Assembly: GCF_006345805.1 (NCBI RefSeq)
Contig: NC_043001.1
Span: 111,290,001 to 111,354,000 of the forward strand
Length of the DNA stretch: 64,000 bases
Reading direction: 5' to 3'
Source: Octopus sinensis
Lineage: Eukaryota
Shown: one piece after another, positions 38,051 to 51,260 of the stretch
Layout: each line of letters opens with the position of its first letter
Numbering within the stretch: the stretch's first letter is position 1
Notes under the pieces: generated by a model
What the model saw: only the letters and a program-made list of their open reading frames with translations
What the model was told of the DNA's origin: nothing
Databases searched by the model: none
Translations under genes and position numbers: made by a program

Positions 38051-38544
38051 ACAGAAAATGGATACGTTGATAGTCAAAGCTTCACATAAACGGAACCTGC
38101 AGTTTCTTGCCTTAATGTTTTCGAGTGGAGCACTGTTTTTATTTAAGATACTTGTAGAAAAGTCATGTAAAGTGTGAGTTAGTGACAGAAAATGCATACG
38201 TTGACTGGAAATTGAAACAGCTAAGTAGTGTAAGCTCAGTAATTGATTTTACATCTATTATGCGTTTGTATATATCGACGGAGGTTTCAGGAGTTACATT
38301 TTTCAGAAATCATAGATTATATTTAACACCGTTCTCTCTTTCTTTCACTATGCCTTTACACAGTCACGTTATATTTGAATATACTTCTACGTAAAACGTA
38401 TCGAGATATATTCAAATATTTACATTTAAATATACACACTTTCAACTGCTTGCATCTGATTTTCTTCCTCCGTCTTCAGTTTCCTTTTGTCTGATTTTTT
38501 TTTCTATTCTCATATACGAGGTATTTGTTTTAGAAATATCATAA

Positions 38545-38918
38545 ACTGGTAGTATCGCCCGGCGTTGCTCGGGTTTGTTTCGACCCTTTAGAATTGGAAT
38601 TTTTGAAAAGTAAAAATTTTGCATTATGTAGGTTGTTATTCTCTTTAAGTGAACATTTTCTGGTTGAAATACACCTAAAACTAGCGACACAACAGTCAAA
38701 AAATCGTTAAAATAGGGATTTTCATAGAAAAAAGCACCTTCTTGATGTAAATAATTTTTGGTCTTAACATTTTCTGATTTGAATTTTATCTACTACGGAA
38801 AGAAGAGCAAGCCTTCTTCTATCATACTCTCAATTTTGGTCAACTTGTGCCGCAAGGCCTCGAAGGAGATAGTGTTTGTTTTCTGCCATACACAGACAAC
38901 TTCGGCTTTATATATATA
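38545..38918 (+). mobile_element. Non-autonomous Helitron/Helentron-associated (HINE/DINE-1-like) element
   Basis: 5' ACT(A/G)GTAGTATCGCCCGGCGTTGCTCGGG with a CCCG/CGGG hairpin and a 3' ...CTTTATATATATA end, as recalled for HINE-type elements; not searched. Confidence 0.5.
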
Positions 38919-39439
38919 AATTTGCAATTTCCAAATACTTTTTATTATAAACGTTGACCAAGTTTAAACGCATTTTGCTAATATTTTACTTCCATATTTA
39001 TTCAGATTCATCATATTTAATGAATACTTTTACTTTAATTGTATTTTCATAAAATAAAATTAATGAACTCCATTATATCATCGTTTAGTTTTAATTAGTC
39101 ATTCTACAAACTATATTATCAGAAAAATCATTTAAATCAACGACGCCATTTTTAATTCTATTAGATTCTATAAGTTACCGGTTATATTTGTTTTATTTGT
39201 CGTAATTGTCATCAGCCCATGAACGAATTAAAATTTAGATCTTATTTTATCTCGTATATTTTTCCTAATTTTCATTATTTATTATTCTTTTCTAATCCGG
39301 GAACACATTTATAACCCTTACATTCGCTCTTTAAAAACACCTTATTATTGAAATTACATTGTTATATAACAAAGTTTATTTGCGCATTTGTAAATTTGGA
39401 AGTTAAGTACTAAGAAATTTAATATTATCTTCTTCATTA

Positions 39440-39870
39440 GGACGGTGAGTTAGCAGAATCATTAGCACACCGAGCAAACTGCTTAGCGGCATTTCATCCG
39501 ACTTTACGATCTGAGTTCAAATTCCACCGGGTTCGACATTACTTTTGATTCTTTCGGGTCGATAAAATAAGTACCAATTTACCAGTGGGATCGATGAAAT
39601 TGGCTTAAGCCCGCCCAGGAAATTGCTGGCCTTGAGCCAAAATTTGAAATCAATATTATATTCTTCATTCAGAACGTGAGCTGACTAAATCATTAGCACA
39701 CCAGGCAAGATGTCCAGCAGCATTTTACTGTTTACGTTCTGAGTTCAAATTCCGCTGAGGTCAACTTTGCCTTTGATTCCTTTCACCGGTCGATAAAATA
39801 AGTACCCATTATGTACTATGGTCGCTGTAACCCACTTGTTCCGTCCCTCGAACATATTGTCCCCAGGCAA
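39440..39870 (+). mobile_element. Two tandem family A-like SINE monomers
   Basis: GAGTTCAAATTCC cores at about 39514 and 39741; heads at 39440 and about 39672. Confidence 0.75.
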
Positions 39871-40042
39871 AATTTTAAGCCAATAGTAATGCGAAATTTT
39901 GGTTTTAAATTAAAATATAACGTGAAAACATTTTCACTTAGCCTTCCTACATACAATTTCGTACCCAACTCTTACCCTAATTTTCAATATCCTTTCCATT
40001 TACTTTTCGTAATTTCTTTTACACTTTCGTTATTCTCCCTCC

Positions 40043-40437
40043 TAAGAATGTAATTTCTGTCATGCGTATATAAAACTTAAGTATTTCTAATAACTATGGC
40101 TTTATGAATGTGATGTGATATCATTCCAACATATATTATTGCAAATATTTTGTTAGATTTGTCTAGTGGACATGTGTACGAGCGCCTTATATTATTTCCA
40201 TGTTCGAGGTAAAACGGCTTGTATTTTAAAAAGAGGTCTCTTCATACGTTATCTATCCGTAGAATTTGGAGAGATGAGTTGGACTATCACGTTCAAGAAC
40301 CTTCTGAGATAACATTTTACATTAGATTATTTCCTTTTACATACGGCATATGTCTTTCGGTCTTTTCTTCTCTATTTGTGAATGTGTATATGTGTGTGCG
40401 AGGTGGGGTATGTAAATGTGTACGTTTATGAATATTT
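40043..40437 (+). repeat. Copy 2 of the local duplication, with an inverted terminal segment
   Basis: See 37741-38050. Confidence 0.85.
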
Positions 40438-41084
40438 TTATGATAAACCGGTACACTTTAAAGCTGGTTTTCCATTCTTTCTTGGTATTTCATGATCACG
40501 TTCCTGTATAGTACGGATTTCATTAAGCCCGACATTTATAGACTATGTTTGAATTAAGTTTCAACAATCAAAGTTCAATATCACACATAAATTATTCACA
40601 CAAACTATAATCATCTCAATAATATTCACTAGTAAACAAATCGTATCTGCCATTTGTTTGATAGTATTTTTTTCTCTTACTTAATTATAAATTAGTCTTC
40701 TCTGTTATAACTGCTTTTAGAATTATTATTCAAAGAAACGTAACACATTTCAGTAGACGAGTTTAAGGTTATTTCTAATATTATGTAGCAAAGATCGAAA
40801 TACGGGTTCAGAACTATGAAATAACGTATATATTGTATCTAACGTTACTGGACAAATATAAGGACATTGTCCACCAAGCTTTGAAAACTAACATCATAAT
40901 TCCTCACTTTGTTAATACCCTTATGAATTTCCACAAATAAAAAATATTTCGGATGATAGGTTCACAATTTGTTCCCAAATTTTTTTTTTATAAATTTTAC
41001 TAAACGTTCCACTATAATCAATCATTCATTGTCCACAACAGAATCTGGGATAATAAATTCTTTCCTATTTAATTTTGGCAAAAT

Positions 41085-41265
41085 TGAAGGGAGGGCACAA
41101 TTAGAATACATCGTCCCTTGTGCTCAACCGGCAATTCTGCTATCCATCCCGAAAGAGCGAAAGGCAAAGTTGACCTCGGCGGGATTCGATCTTAGCATTT
41201 AAAAAGCCGGAAGAAATAACGCTAAGTATTTCTGTTCGACGTGCTAAAGACTCTGCCTGGACGTT
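41085..41265 (-). mobile_element. Family A SINE, degenerate
   Basis: CCCGAAAGAGCGAAAGGCAAAGTTGACCTCGGCGG core on the plus strand. Confidence 0.65.
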
Positions 41266-41269
41266 GTCT

Positions 41270-41888
41270 GGATCTTTACATTTTGGCCTGCAGATTTAAA
41301 AGATATTTTTTTGTAACTGAACATTTTCACACTTCGGACACTGGTAGATTGTGTCATATAAAACATGTTTTATCTTAGCATTTTTGAGAAAAACTTATAT
41401 TTACGAAGTTATTTCGCATTAAAGTTCTACTATTTCGGTAATATCAACCAATCACTGACGTGTATTCAGCTGAATAAAATTAATGCTGTTGTTTGTCAAC
41501 AAGAACTTCCGGCAGGATATATTTCCTTTGTCACTATTATTTATGACAACCCTAAAACCCTAACCCTAACCCTAAAATCCTAACCCTAAAACCTTAAAAC
41601 CAGTACAAACGCACGAACGATGTCATAAATATCAGTGACAAACGAAAAATACACCGCTGATAGTTGTTTACAAACAACGGCAGTAAATTTATTCAGCTGA
41701 TACACGTCATTGATTGGTTGAAATCACCAAATTACGAGGACTTTGACGTGAAATATCTTCATAAATATAAGCTTTTCTCAAAAATGCTAAGAGTAGAAGA
41801 TGTTTTATATGACACATTCTACCAGTGTACTAAGTTTGAAAGTGTTTAGTTACAAAAAATTATTGTTTAAATCAAAAGGTAACGGTCC
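41270..41888. mobile_element. Palindromic MITE, about 270-bp imperfect TIRs, central CCCTAA(A) repeats, degenerate 8-bp TSD
   Basis: Arms at about 41270-41547 and 41620-41888; flanks CGTTGTCT / CGATGCCT (6 of 8 match); GGATC start; same family as 53634-53939. Confidence 0.8.
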
Positions 41889-42624
41889 CGATGCCTCAGT
41901 CTAAGGTGTTATAAGTCAAAAACAAACAATTAATAACTGGTTGGTATCGGTGTAAATTATTTCACCCAGCAGTAATTTGTCCATTGATAACTACTTGCAT
42001 GACTACAAACTAATAGTTCAGTTTTCGTATCTATACCAACCGTAATTGGATCCTTACGCCAAATGGTCAGAGTTAGTTAATTGTCTTCTGAACAACAATC
42101 TTAGATTTTGATGACACTAACAAGATTTGATGTACGTATACGAAAGAGACACTGAAGATTAAGCTGTACATTTTTACACTAAGTTGCATACTTAAATTCA
42201 ACACCACATACGTCAATTCTTCTAGAATTTACATTAGTTTTATTATCTGTATTCTTTACTTATTTATTTCTAAGTAGAATCATGTGATATTTAGAGTCAA
42301 TTAACAACATATAAGACGAATTGTGTACATTCACATTGTTATTTGGAAACCTTTTGGCTTACACCTCCATCGGAGTTTTATACGTAGTGTGTATACACGT
42401 GGACCACAGAATCACGTAATTGTTGTCTTAGCTGTGATATCTCCTGCCGAGTGGATTCTATACATTGATAAAGAGTAACAAGCTAGATAAGCTATTTATA
42501 GATTTAATATGAAGAGTAAAAGAAGGTCAGAGTATCGTCATAAGGAATCTGATTAATACGGTATGACGAAAACATAAATATGAACAAATTCTGATTTGCT
42601 AGTTCTTATGGTTACACTCATAAG

Positions 42625-42870
42625 GCGGGTTGGCGTGTGGCTTGGTGGTTAAGGTGTTAGACTCATGAACATAAGATTGAATTTTCGATTCCTGATCCGG
42701 GCGATTCATTGTGTCATTGAGCAAAACACTACGTGTGTCGTTGCTCCAGTTCACTCATCTTCCAAACATCAGTAATTCTGCGATGAAACGGTATCCCGTT
42801 CAAGGGAAGAATATTCACACCTCAAAATCCGGGAAAATGGCCTTATATATTAAAGGCTCGTGAAGGACAT
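42625..42870 (+). mobile_element. Family C-related SINE, degenerate
   Basis: TGGTGGTTAAGGTG A-box-like motif and TTGAGCAAAACAC..GTTGCTCCAGTTCACTC core. Confidence 0.6.
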
Positions 42871-43020
42871 TTGATCCTTTATAACAAAATTAAAAGTAAA
42901 CAGTATACATTGGGAAAAGCATAGTCATTGAGTTGTGACGTTCAGGTGTTTACAAAGAGCATAAAATGAATAAATAATCTATCGGCATTTCAGTTTTTCT
43001 TATGTTCGAATGGAAAAGCT

Positions 43021-43838
43021 TAATAGGGAGGGATGAAAAGTTTATAGGCTGACCACGATGCAATCGTCGAACTTGACCAAATATGCTTTATTTTTCGATA
43101 TAGCCTCCCCTGCAGCCCATACGATTCTTCCATCGATGTTGCAGCGCTTGGAATCCCGTGATATAGAAACTCTAATCCTGACCCTCAAAAAGTCCTCAAC
43201 AGCAGATATGACTTCATCATCGGTTCGATACTACTTCGCAGCCATGATTTTTTTCTTATGTTGGAGAACAGAAAATAATCAGATGGTGCCAAATCAGAAT
43301 AGCCAGTTCAAAGCCACATTCGCGCACATCAGCCAATACAACCACAGACTTGTTTGCAAAATCATTGTCCTGGTGAAGCAGAAACCGGTTCGTCTGATTA
43401 ATATTTAAACGTCTGTCATGCATCAAAATGTGGTGAATACGGTCGACGTTCTATTGGGTGGTGGCTGTGACAGGACGTCTGAACTTTGGATCCTCTTCAA
43501 GACTCTCCCTAACCCCCTTGAATTCAGCTGCTTACTTTTACACAATTGATAGAGCTGAACCATCATCTAATGTAGACACCATGTCAGCATGAAGGTCTTT
43601 GAGGATTAACCTCTTTCTCTGCAGATATTTGATAACACCACTGTGCCAAGTTTTATCCATTTCCCGAAATGTCTCTAGTACCACTTTTCCAAGTGCTCAA
43701 TTCTGTATTTAGTGTGGGTTTATCTGGAACTGGAAAACGCAGTTAGCATCAGTAAAGGTTGAATTTAACGCATGCCGAGTTTAATTTCTATATAACTCCT
43801 TCTTAGTCAGCCCATGAACTTTTCAACCCACCTTTGTA
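43021..43838 (-). mobile_element. Internally deleted mariner (Tc1/mariner) element
   Basis: TIRs GGAGGGATGAAAAGTTTATAGGCTGAC / GTCAGCCCATGAACTTTTCAACCCACC with TA at the ends. Minus strand gives HADMVSTL..AAEFK..SLEEDP..RP (HTH) joined to LLHQDN...FYITGFQALQHRWK (C-terminus). Confidence 0.85.
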
Positions 43839-45714
43839 TATGCTAATCATTATCAATGATATCATGGAAAACATATGACCGCCCTTGCAATAGACATTGA
43901 GGAAACTGAAGACATTCTAAACGTTTAAGCCAGAAAAATCTAATAACTGTAGACGAATGTTTAATACGTGATACACGGATTAGGCATCGCAACAGTACTA
44001 TAAAACCGGTAACTACAGGAGACAGAATGGCAACAAAAATAGTGAAAATGTACAAACTATACCGTGGTCGGAATTAGTTATAGATTAAATGGAACCAAAC
44101 ATACAATATACAGTAAACAGTGTACGAAATAAGATGAGAAAAGATTTCCCTAAATATTCAAACTTACAGAATTCGCAGACATAATTATTTTTCATGGAAA
44201 TTCTCTGGAGACGCATAGGCCAGGCTGTAGAGATTGTTCTTACACTGTAATAAAATATTGCCACAGGAAATAATACAAAGTAATTTAACTGAATCTCTCT
44301 CTCTATATATATATATAGGTTCATTACGTGTGTTTGTGCGTATTGCTGTATATGTGTGGTTGTGTGTACAGCGGCATTCTTCCATACACATATATACACA
44401 TAACGATTCTGCGTGGATTGCAATCTATTGAGAAAATGAATGAAATTAAATACAGTGAATACAAAATACATTAAGTTCAATACGATATCTTCTTCCATAA
44501 ACTTGCAACCTGCAGACAGGTATTATATTTATAGGTCACTTTTTGTGAATAATTATCTTCAAATAATTTTTGTGGAGGTAATATATACTAACTGTTTCTT
44601 TTTAATCATTTCCGAAACCCTACAATACGACGCGGTGACAGATGTACCAACGCCTCTATTTGCTAAGGTGAAATATTTATTTTATGTACATCTGACACTG
44701 AAGATCAAAGCATTTATTATAAATTAGCTTCTAGGCTGTAACACAAATATGTTAAGCGTTATTTTCCTGAATACTCCTTGGAATGGATGTTTTATACTTT
44801 GTTTTAACGATTTCTTTCTACTAACAGTGCTTCAGCATTTTTCAGGGGGTTAATCTAAATTGTCCCTCACTGCGTTTAAGCAGCTTTTCTATTAAATTAC
44901 CATCTAAGCATATCCAAGATATATTTCTAACACATTCGTTCCATATATAGAACCAAAACAACTATACTACTATCATTCCGGAAACGAATGTTAAACTTCA
45001 GCAGGGATTCATCGTTACTGCCATCCTAAAAACAATTGCTTCTTAATCCTATATCATAAACCTGAAATTCATGCTTTGCCAGTTAATAGAAACTTTTCTT
45101 GTAATTTAATTACCTATGATGCAGAGGTTTGTCTTTAGCGCGTAAAAACTATGATTTGCAACCACTATATTGTTAGGAATTCGGTTTTACTGAGCGGCAG
45201 CATGAGCTAATGATTTTCAGAGCATAGCCCAGGCCCGATAGTTGAGTATATTTGGGAGAGGAAACTTTAAAAGATACCAATCGCAAAATATGTATATTTA
45301 TTTGTGTGTATATGTGTGCAGTTCTTGGGATTGATTTCCTACCGCTTAAGGAAAGAGGTTACATCGTTTATATTCGCGAACATTAGCGATTCCTTGAGTG
45401 AAACCGACAAAATCATATCAACACATTGAATTATTGGTGATACCGTAGGTTTTATTGCATAAACCGATTAAGGCTGGGATTCTGCAAGGTCATGCAAGTT
45501 TCATGAGGGAATGAAATCAATTTATAAAAGAATTAAAGGGTCATAGTTGTGCTGACTGCCAGGGCCTGATACATTTATAACTGGGGTATTTTGTTTTTGT
45601 CTTTGTTTCTTTAGATGCAACTTCTACTCACACGATCATTTGTTTCGTGTTTTTTTCTTTTCTGTGAGCACCTAAGACGAATATTTTGCATTGATATTTT
45701 TTTTTTCAAGAAAA

Positions 45715-45920
45715 CGGGGAGCTGACAGAAATGTTAGCACACCGGGTGAAATGCGTAGCCGTATTTCGTCTGTCTTTTCGTTCTGAGTTCAAATTTCGCC
45801 GAGGTCGACTCTGACTTTCATCCTTTCTGGATCGATAAATTAAGTACCAGTTGCCAACTGGGGTCGGTCTAATCGACAAGACCCAAACGTTTCGGGCCTT
45901 GTTCATAAAGTAGAAATCAC
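45715..45920 (+). mobile_element. Family A SINE
   Basis: GAGCTGACAGAAATGTTAGCACACCGG head and intact core. Confidence 0.85.
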
Positions 45921-46026
45921 TATTTCTCTCTTCATCTGAAAGAGGCATTCTATGATAGTTGTGCTATATATATATGTGTGTGTGTATGTGTGTGTGTGTG
46001 TGTGTGTGTTCTGTTATATTTCACAC

Positions 46027-46456
46027 TTTTACTTTTTTACTTGTTTCAGTCATTTTACTACGGCCATGCTGGAGCACCGCCTTCGGAGGATTTTATCGAA
46101 AAAATCGACCTCAGACTTATTCTTGTAAAGACTAGTTCTTATTTTATCGGTCTATTTTGCCGAGCCGCAAAACGTAAATACACCAACATTACTTCTCAAG
46201 CGATAGTGTGTGTGTGGGGGGGGAGGCTAACATAGACACAAGACCCACACATATAAATATATACATATATATATTCATACATATAAATACATACGACAAG
46301 CTTCTTTCAGTTTCCATCTACTAAATCTAATCACAGGGCATTGCTCGACCCTAGACTGTAGCAGAAAACCCTTCCCTAAGGTGCCACGCAGTGGGACTGA
46401 ACGAGAAATCATGTGGTTGGTAAGTAAGCTTCTTGCCATACTGCCACGCCTACGCC
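46027..46456 (-). mobile_element. Family B SINE, diverged
   Basis: Reverse-complement match to 9028-9440. Confidence 0.85.
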
Positions 46457-48397
46457 AATTGATAAAATGTTACGAAATACACGTTATGATTTCATTTTTT
46501 TAGGGATATTCCGTCATCACAAACAAATAGGGAAGAATAGGGAAAATGAGAAGATATATATTAAAGAAATGACGACATAGAAGAAGGGAGTAAAGGAATA
46601 AGGAGATGAAAAGAGAGAAGAAAAAAAAAGAAGCATAATCGTGCATAGATCCATATGAGTTAAAATCCTGATATTGTAATCATCCAGAGAAGAAAGTCTC
46701 AGATATATCAACGTTCAATAACATAATGGTTGCCGAAGTGGTAAAAGGAAAGTGAAGTAAATAAATAGAAAGAGAGATAAGTAGGGTGAAAGGGGAGTTT
46801 AGGATAAATTAAGGTGTATGAGCATATAGTGACTAAGAATATTGTGTACCGGAGTAGCTGAGAAGATAAGAGAGCGGATGAGGAGGTAGAGGAAGATAGC
46901 GTAAAAAATAAACAAAATAGAGCAAATTGAAGGAATTTAAAAGGCGTAATAGGTGTCGGTGTTAGTTTCTAGTCTATAGGTGCTGGGAAGGAAATCTAGT
47001 AGTAAATACTTATGTTCATTTTGGCTAAGATCAATGGCTGCAATGCTATTTTTACCAATGAGGTTTTGGGTGTGTAGGTAACCGAGAATGGAGGAGCTAG
47101 CTGAATGTTAAATTATTTATGAGTGCGAGTTAGAATTAGTTGTTAGCCGATTTATTGGGTTATGGTTTAAAACTAAATAAAAGATAAATTAAAGAATTAA
47201 TGTAAAGTATAGAAGCCAATCGAGCGATTACTGTTTCAATCTCATTCTGAGATTTAATTATGCTTAAAGAATTAATATTTATCGCATAATAACCATATAG
47301 AAGAGTCTCCCTTGTATCCATATTTTTGAGCTTACAAATTACCAATGCAACAACGCTTTATTTGAATGGAGGTTGGTGGTTTTCTTGAGGTCTATTACAG
47401 CAAGGTAAGTGTTACTTTTGCCCACCTATTGTTGAAAGTGTTTGACCAGTAACAATGCCAACCAAACTCATGATGGTATAACTGAACTGAATGACAACCT
47501 CAGCATTATACTTCTGAGTTTCATGCTGGTAAACACTGATCTCTTCTAAAAATTTGTCACGCATCACTTATATTAGACAGTACACATGCAGCTTAGTATA
47601 GCTATAAAGAGATTTCGCTGATTTTAATGTACTGAGAGACATCCGCATTCATTGTTACCACATCCAGCATCATCATTCTGTAGCAAGCCTCACCTTAAAC
47701 ATCTGCAACAGTATATAGCAGAAACGCAACCTCGCAGTTTTCAGAACTAGTAAATTGATCTCGATCCTTTAGTGAAAATATACTTTCCTACTGAGATGAA
47801 AATAAAAGCCACTTCCTAAAGTGTACTCATATGTAATATGTATGCAGCATGCAATGAGAACAATTTTTTTCATGGACATATTTTTTTCTTCAATGCATAA
47901 ATATGAACGGAAGACTTAAAAACAGTGTTTTAGCAAATGTAAGTTTTGCCAAAGTAAAAGAGTGCCCTAAGTGCCGTGCCGTTTGAAGCTTTTTCTTTTT
48001 TTTTTTTACATTGAATTCCTTATACGACATTCATGTTCATACACGAGCAGAAGGTAAAACATACATGTCATACACAAATGGCGTGTGAGATTCTCAAAAA
48101 AAATAATAAAGTGTATTAAAATTATTTTGTGCTGTGCGCCACCATACGATATTAAATGCACAGGCGCCTCTCCCCATCTCCACACACAATCATATGCGCG
48201 ATAGTAAAAAAAAATTACAGTACACACGCATATATTGTACATGCATAAATAGATATAGACATACAAATATTCAAACAAGAATGGAAAAATTCTATTGATC
48301 TGTCGCCATTCTTTGACTTTATCAACTGCTATTATCCATGCGTTACTCTTCCTTTCACTCACAACTGTGCTTCCTCTGACTCTCTCACTTTCTCACC

Positions 48398-48447
<50 letters not shown>

Positions 48448-48569
48448 TACACACACACACACACACTCTCTCTCTCTGTCTATCTCTATCTCTATCTATC
48501 TATCTGTCTTTCTAGCATTCTAAATATATATCTATCTCTGTGAGAACATGAATCGGTTAGCGTGCCCTC

Positions 48570-48606
<37 letters not shown>

Positions 48607-48945
48607 GCACACACACACATACACACACATGCACTCTCTCTGACGTCAGCAAAAATTCAATTTATGCTGAGTAGTCCATTCAATCACATACAATCACAAA
48701 AATATGCTAGATTTTTTTTATGCATCTTTCTTGAAGTAAAAGTCTATAGAATTGCATTTCTTGCTATTTAGATCCAATTTTAAAATTTCATTTTAAATAT
48801 ATTCTCTGAAACATAGAATAAACTGAACATATAATATAGATAAAATCGCACCCGTGGTTATCTATCTCTATTAGTGCACACTTGTTTATACACCCATAGA
48901 CATACATGCACACAGTTATTCATTATGCATGATGTACCGAATCAT

Positions 48946-49140
48946 ACTCTTTTACTCTTTTACTTGTTTCACTCATTTGACTGTGGTCATGCTGGAGCAC
49001 CGCATTTAGTCGAGCAAATCGACCCCAGGAATTATTCTTTGTAAGCCTAGTACTTATTTCACCGCTAAGTAATGGAGACGTAAACACACTAGCATCGCTT
49101 GTCAAGCGATGTTGGAGGGACAAACACAAACACACACACA
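48946..49140 (-). mobile_element. Family B SINE, 3' half only
   Basis: Tail and ACTAGCATCGCTTGTCAAGCGATG segment ending at the internal CA/TA tract. Confidence 0.85.
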
Positions 49141-49461
49141 CATACACGCACATATATATATATATACACTGAGCGTATATATATATAATTTTATCTGTCT
49201 GATTTGAGAACACTTTTGGTGTGTGTGCATTCAATTCAATAGTATTAATATTTCTCTCTCATTCTTTCATGTTCGGTATATTTGCAATATGGAAAGCTAT
49301 TTTTATGTTTTCTATTTTATAGAATAATAGAAAAAATATGCTTTTGACTCATCTAATTTCCATGAATAATAATCATCAACCGAATATCATATTGAAGCGA
49401 TTAATTCAATGCGGGAAGGTATGTACACGCATATAAATATATATATATATATATTATATAT

Positions 49462-49495
<34 letters not shown>

Positions 49496-50229
49496 ATATA
49501 TAATATATATATATATTATTACAATTATTATTATTATTATTTTATTATTATTATTATTATTATTATTATCATTACTCCCGCCTTATATATATATGTATAC
49601 TTCATATATATATATATATATATATATACATACATATATGTGTGTGTGTGTGTGTGTGTGTGTATCTACACATGTATAGGAAATTGGAAAGCCCTGTCCA
49701 GTCTCCCCAATTCAGTCCAGTCCAGTATAGTTCTGTCCAGTTCAGAAATGTACTGGACTCGAAAGCACACGGCTTCAGTGACCACTGTATGGCCAGATTG
49801 AAAAATGCCTTAATATAACATGATGTACAAAACTTATGTCACATGGTGGGGAAGAGGTTTTCGCCCTTTTTAAAGACTGTATATATCTGTCTGACTAACC
49901 ATAACTGTAACGAGATCCAGTTCTCAGTAGCTCCTCTGACGTTCTTTGTCCATTTTCCCGCGATCCAATATGAGTGAATGTTTGTAACGCCAAGAATCTA
50001 TGTCAGATAATCGAGCGCTCAATTCTTACAGAACCGGAAGCTCAAACCCGTTTCCTGCAAATGGAATCCTATATTTGACATCTGTTCACAGCGCCGCCCC
50101 ACGTATAGTTTCTTTCTATTTCAATAGTAGGCTCAACGAGATAAGATAGTTTTGTGGATACGTTGTGGTATATAGAGATATATGCTAACTGAATACTTTT
50201 AGAGAACTACAACAGTGTTCATTATATCA

Positions 50230-50610
50230 TCAATATTGTGGTTTTCGTTCGTCTGTCTTTACGTTCTGAGTTCAAATTCCGTCGAGGTCGACTTTGCTTT
50301 TCATCCTTTCGGGGTCGATAAATTCAATTCAATACCTCTTGCGTACTGGGATCGATCTAATCGACTGGCTTCCTCCTCAAAAATTCCGGGCCTTGTGCCT
50401 AGAGTAGAAAACAATATATTTTAAGGCGTCGAGCTGGCAGAAATGTTAGCACGCCAGGCGAAATGCGTAGCAGTATATCGTCTGTACATTCTTAGTTCAA
50501 ATTCCGCCGACGTCGACTACGCCTTTCATCCTTTCGGGGTCGATAAATTAAGTACCAGTTGCGTAATGGAGTCGATCTAATCGACTGGGACGTCCTCAAT
50601 AATTTCGGTC
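50230..50610 (+). mobile_element. Two tandem family A SINE monomers
   Basis: Cores at about 50266 and 50494; second head GGCGTCGAGCTGGCAG at 50425. Confidence 0.85.
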
Positions 50611-50952
50611 GTCGTCGATGATGACGCCTCGTCATCTTCATCATCTCAATCATTGGCGTCATTAAAACTAACAATCAATGTATCAGTTTTGCTGCTAGTA
50701 TCACTGCTGCGTTTTTTAAAGCAAAACATTTTGTTTCCATTAATATTAATAACGCAAAATCTGTAAGGTTACTTCAGATGTAAGTCACCTAAGACACATG
50801 ATAATACTGGCATCCGTAAAATACAAATTTTTACATCATTTATTACTCTTATATTGCGAAATATGCTTACTCACACGCATGCATACAGGCAAACCGATAC
50901 ATATATACACACATACATACACCTACACACACACGCGCATACACACACGCAC

Positions 50953-50988
<36 letters not shown>

Positions 50989-51178
50989 ATATATATATAT
51001 ATATTTATATATATGTATGTATTTATATGTATAGATGTATGTATGTATATGTATATATGTATGTAACTATATATATAAATATATACATATATACACACAT
51101 ATATATATATATATGTATATACATATACGCATATATATATATACATATATACATATATATATAAATATATAAATATAC

Positions 51179-51210
<32 letters not shown>

Positions 51211-51212
51211 TT

Positions 51213-51260
<48 letters not shown>

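Noticed and set aside
41548-41600. Telomere or chromosome-fusion site
   Set aside because: Short, degenerate and enclosed by MITE TIRs.
43880-44070. Possible piggyBac-like block (KPEK..TVDECL...KP)
   Set aside because: Single short motif with low information content.
47331-47404. Plus-strand candidate exon ending CAAG|GTAAGT; one frame reads LNGGWWFS
   Set aside because: The fibrinogen-like frame has an immediate stop; the open frame has no recognisable homology.
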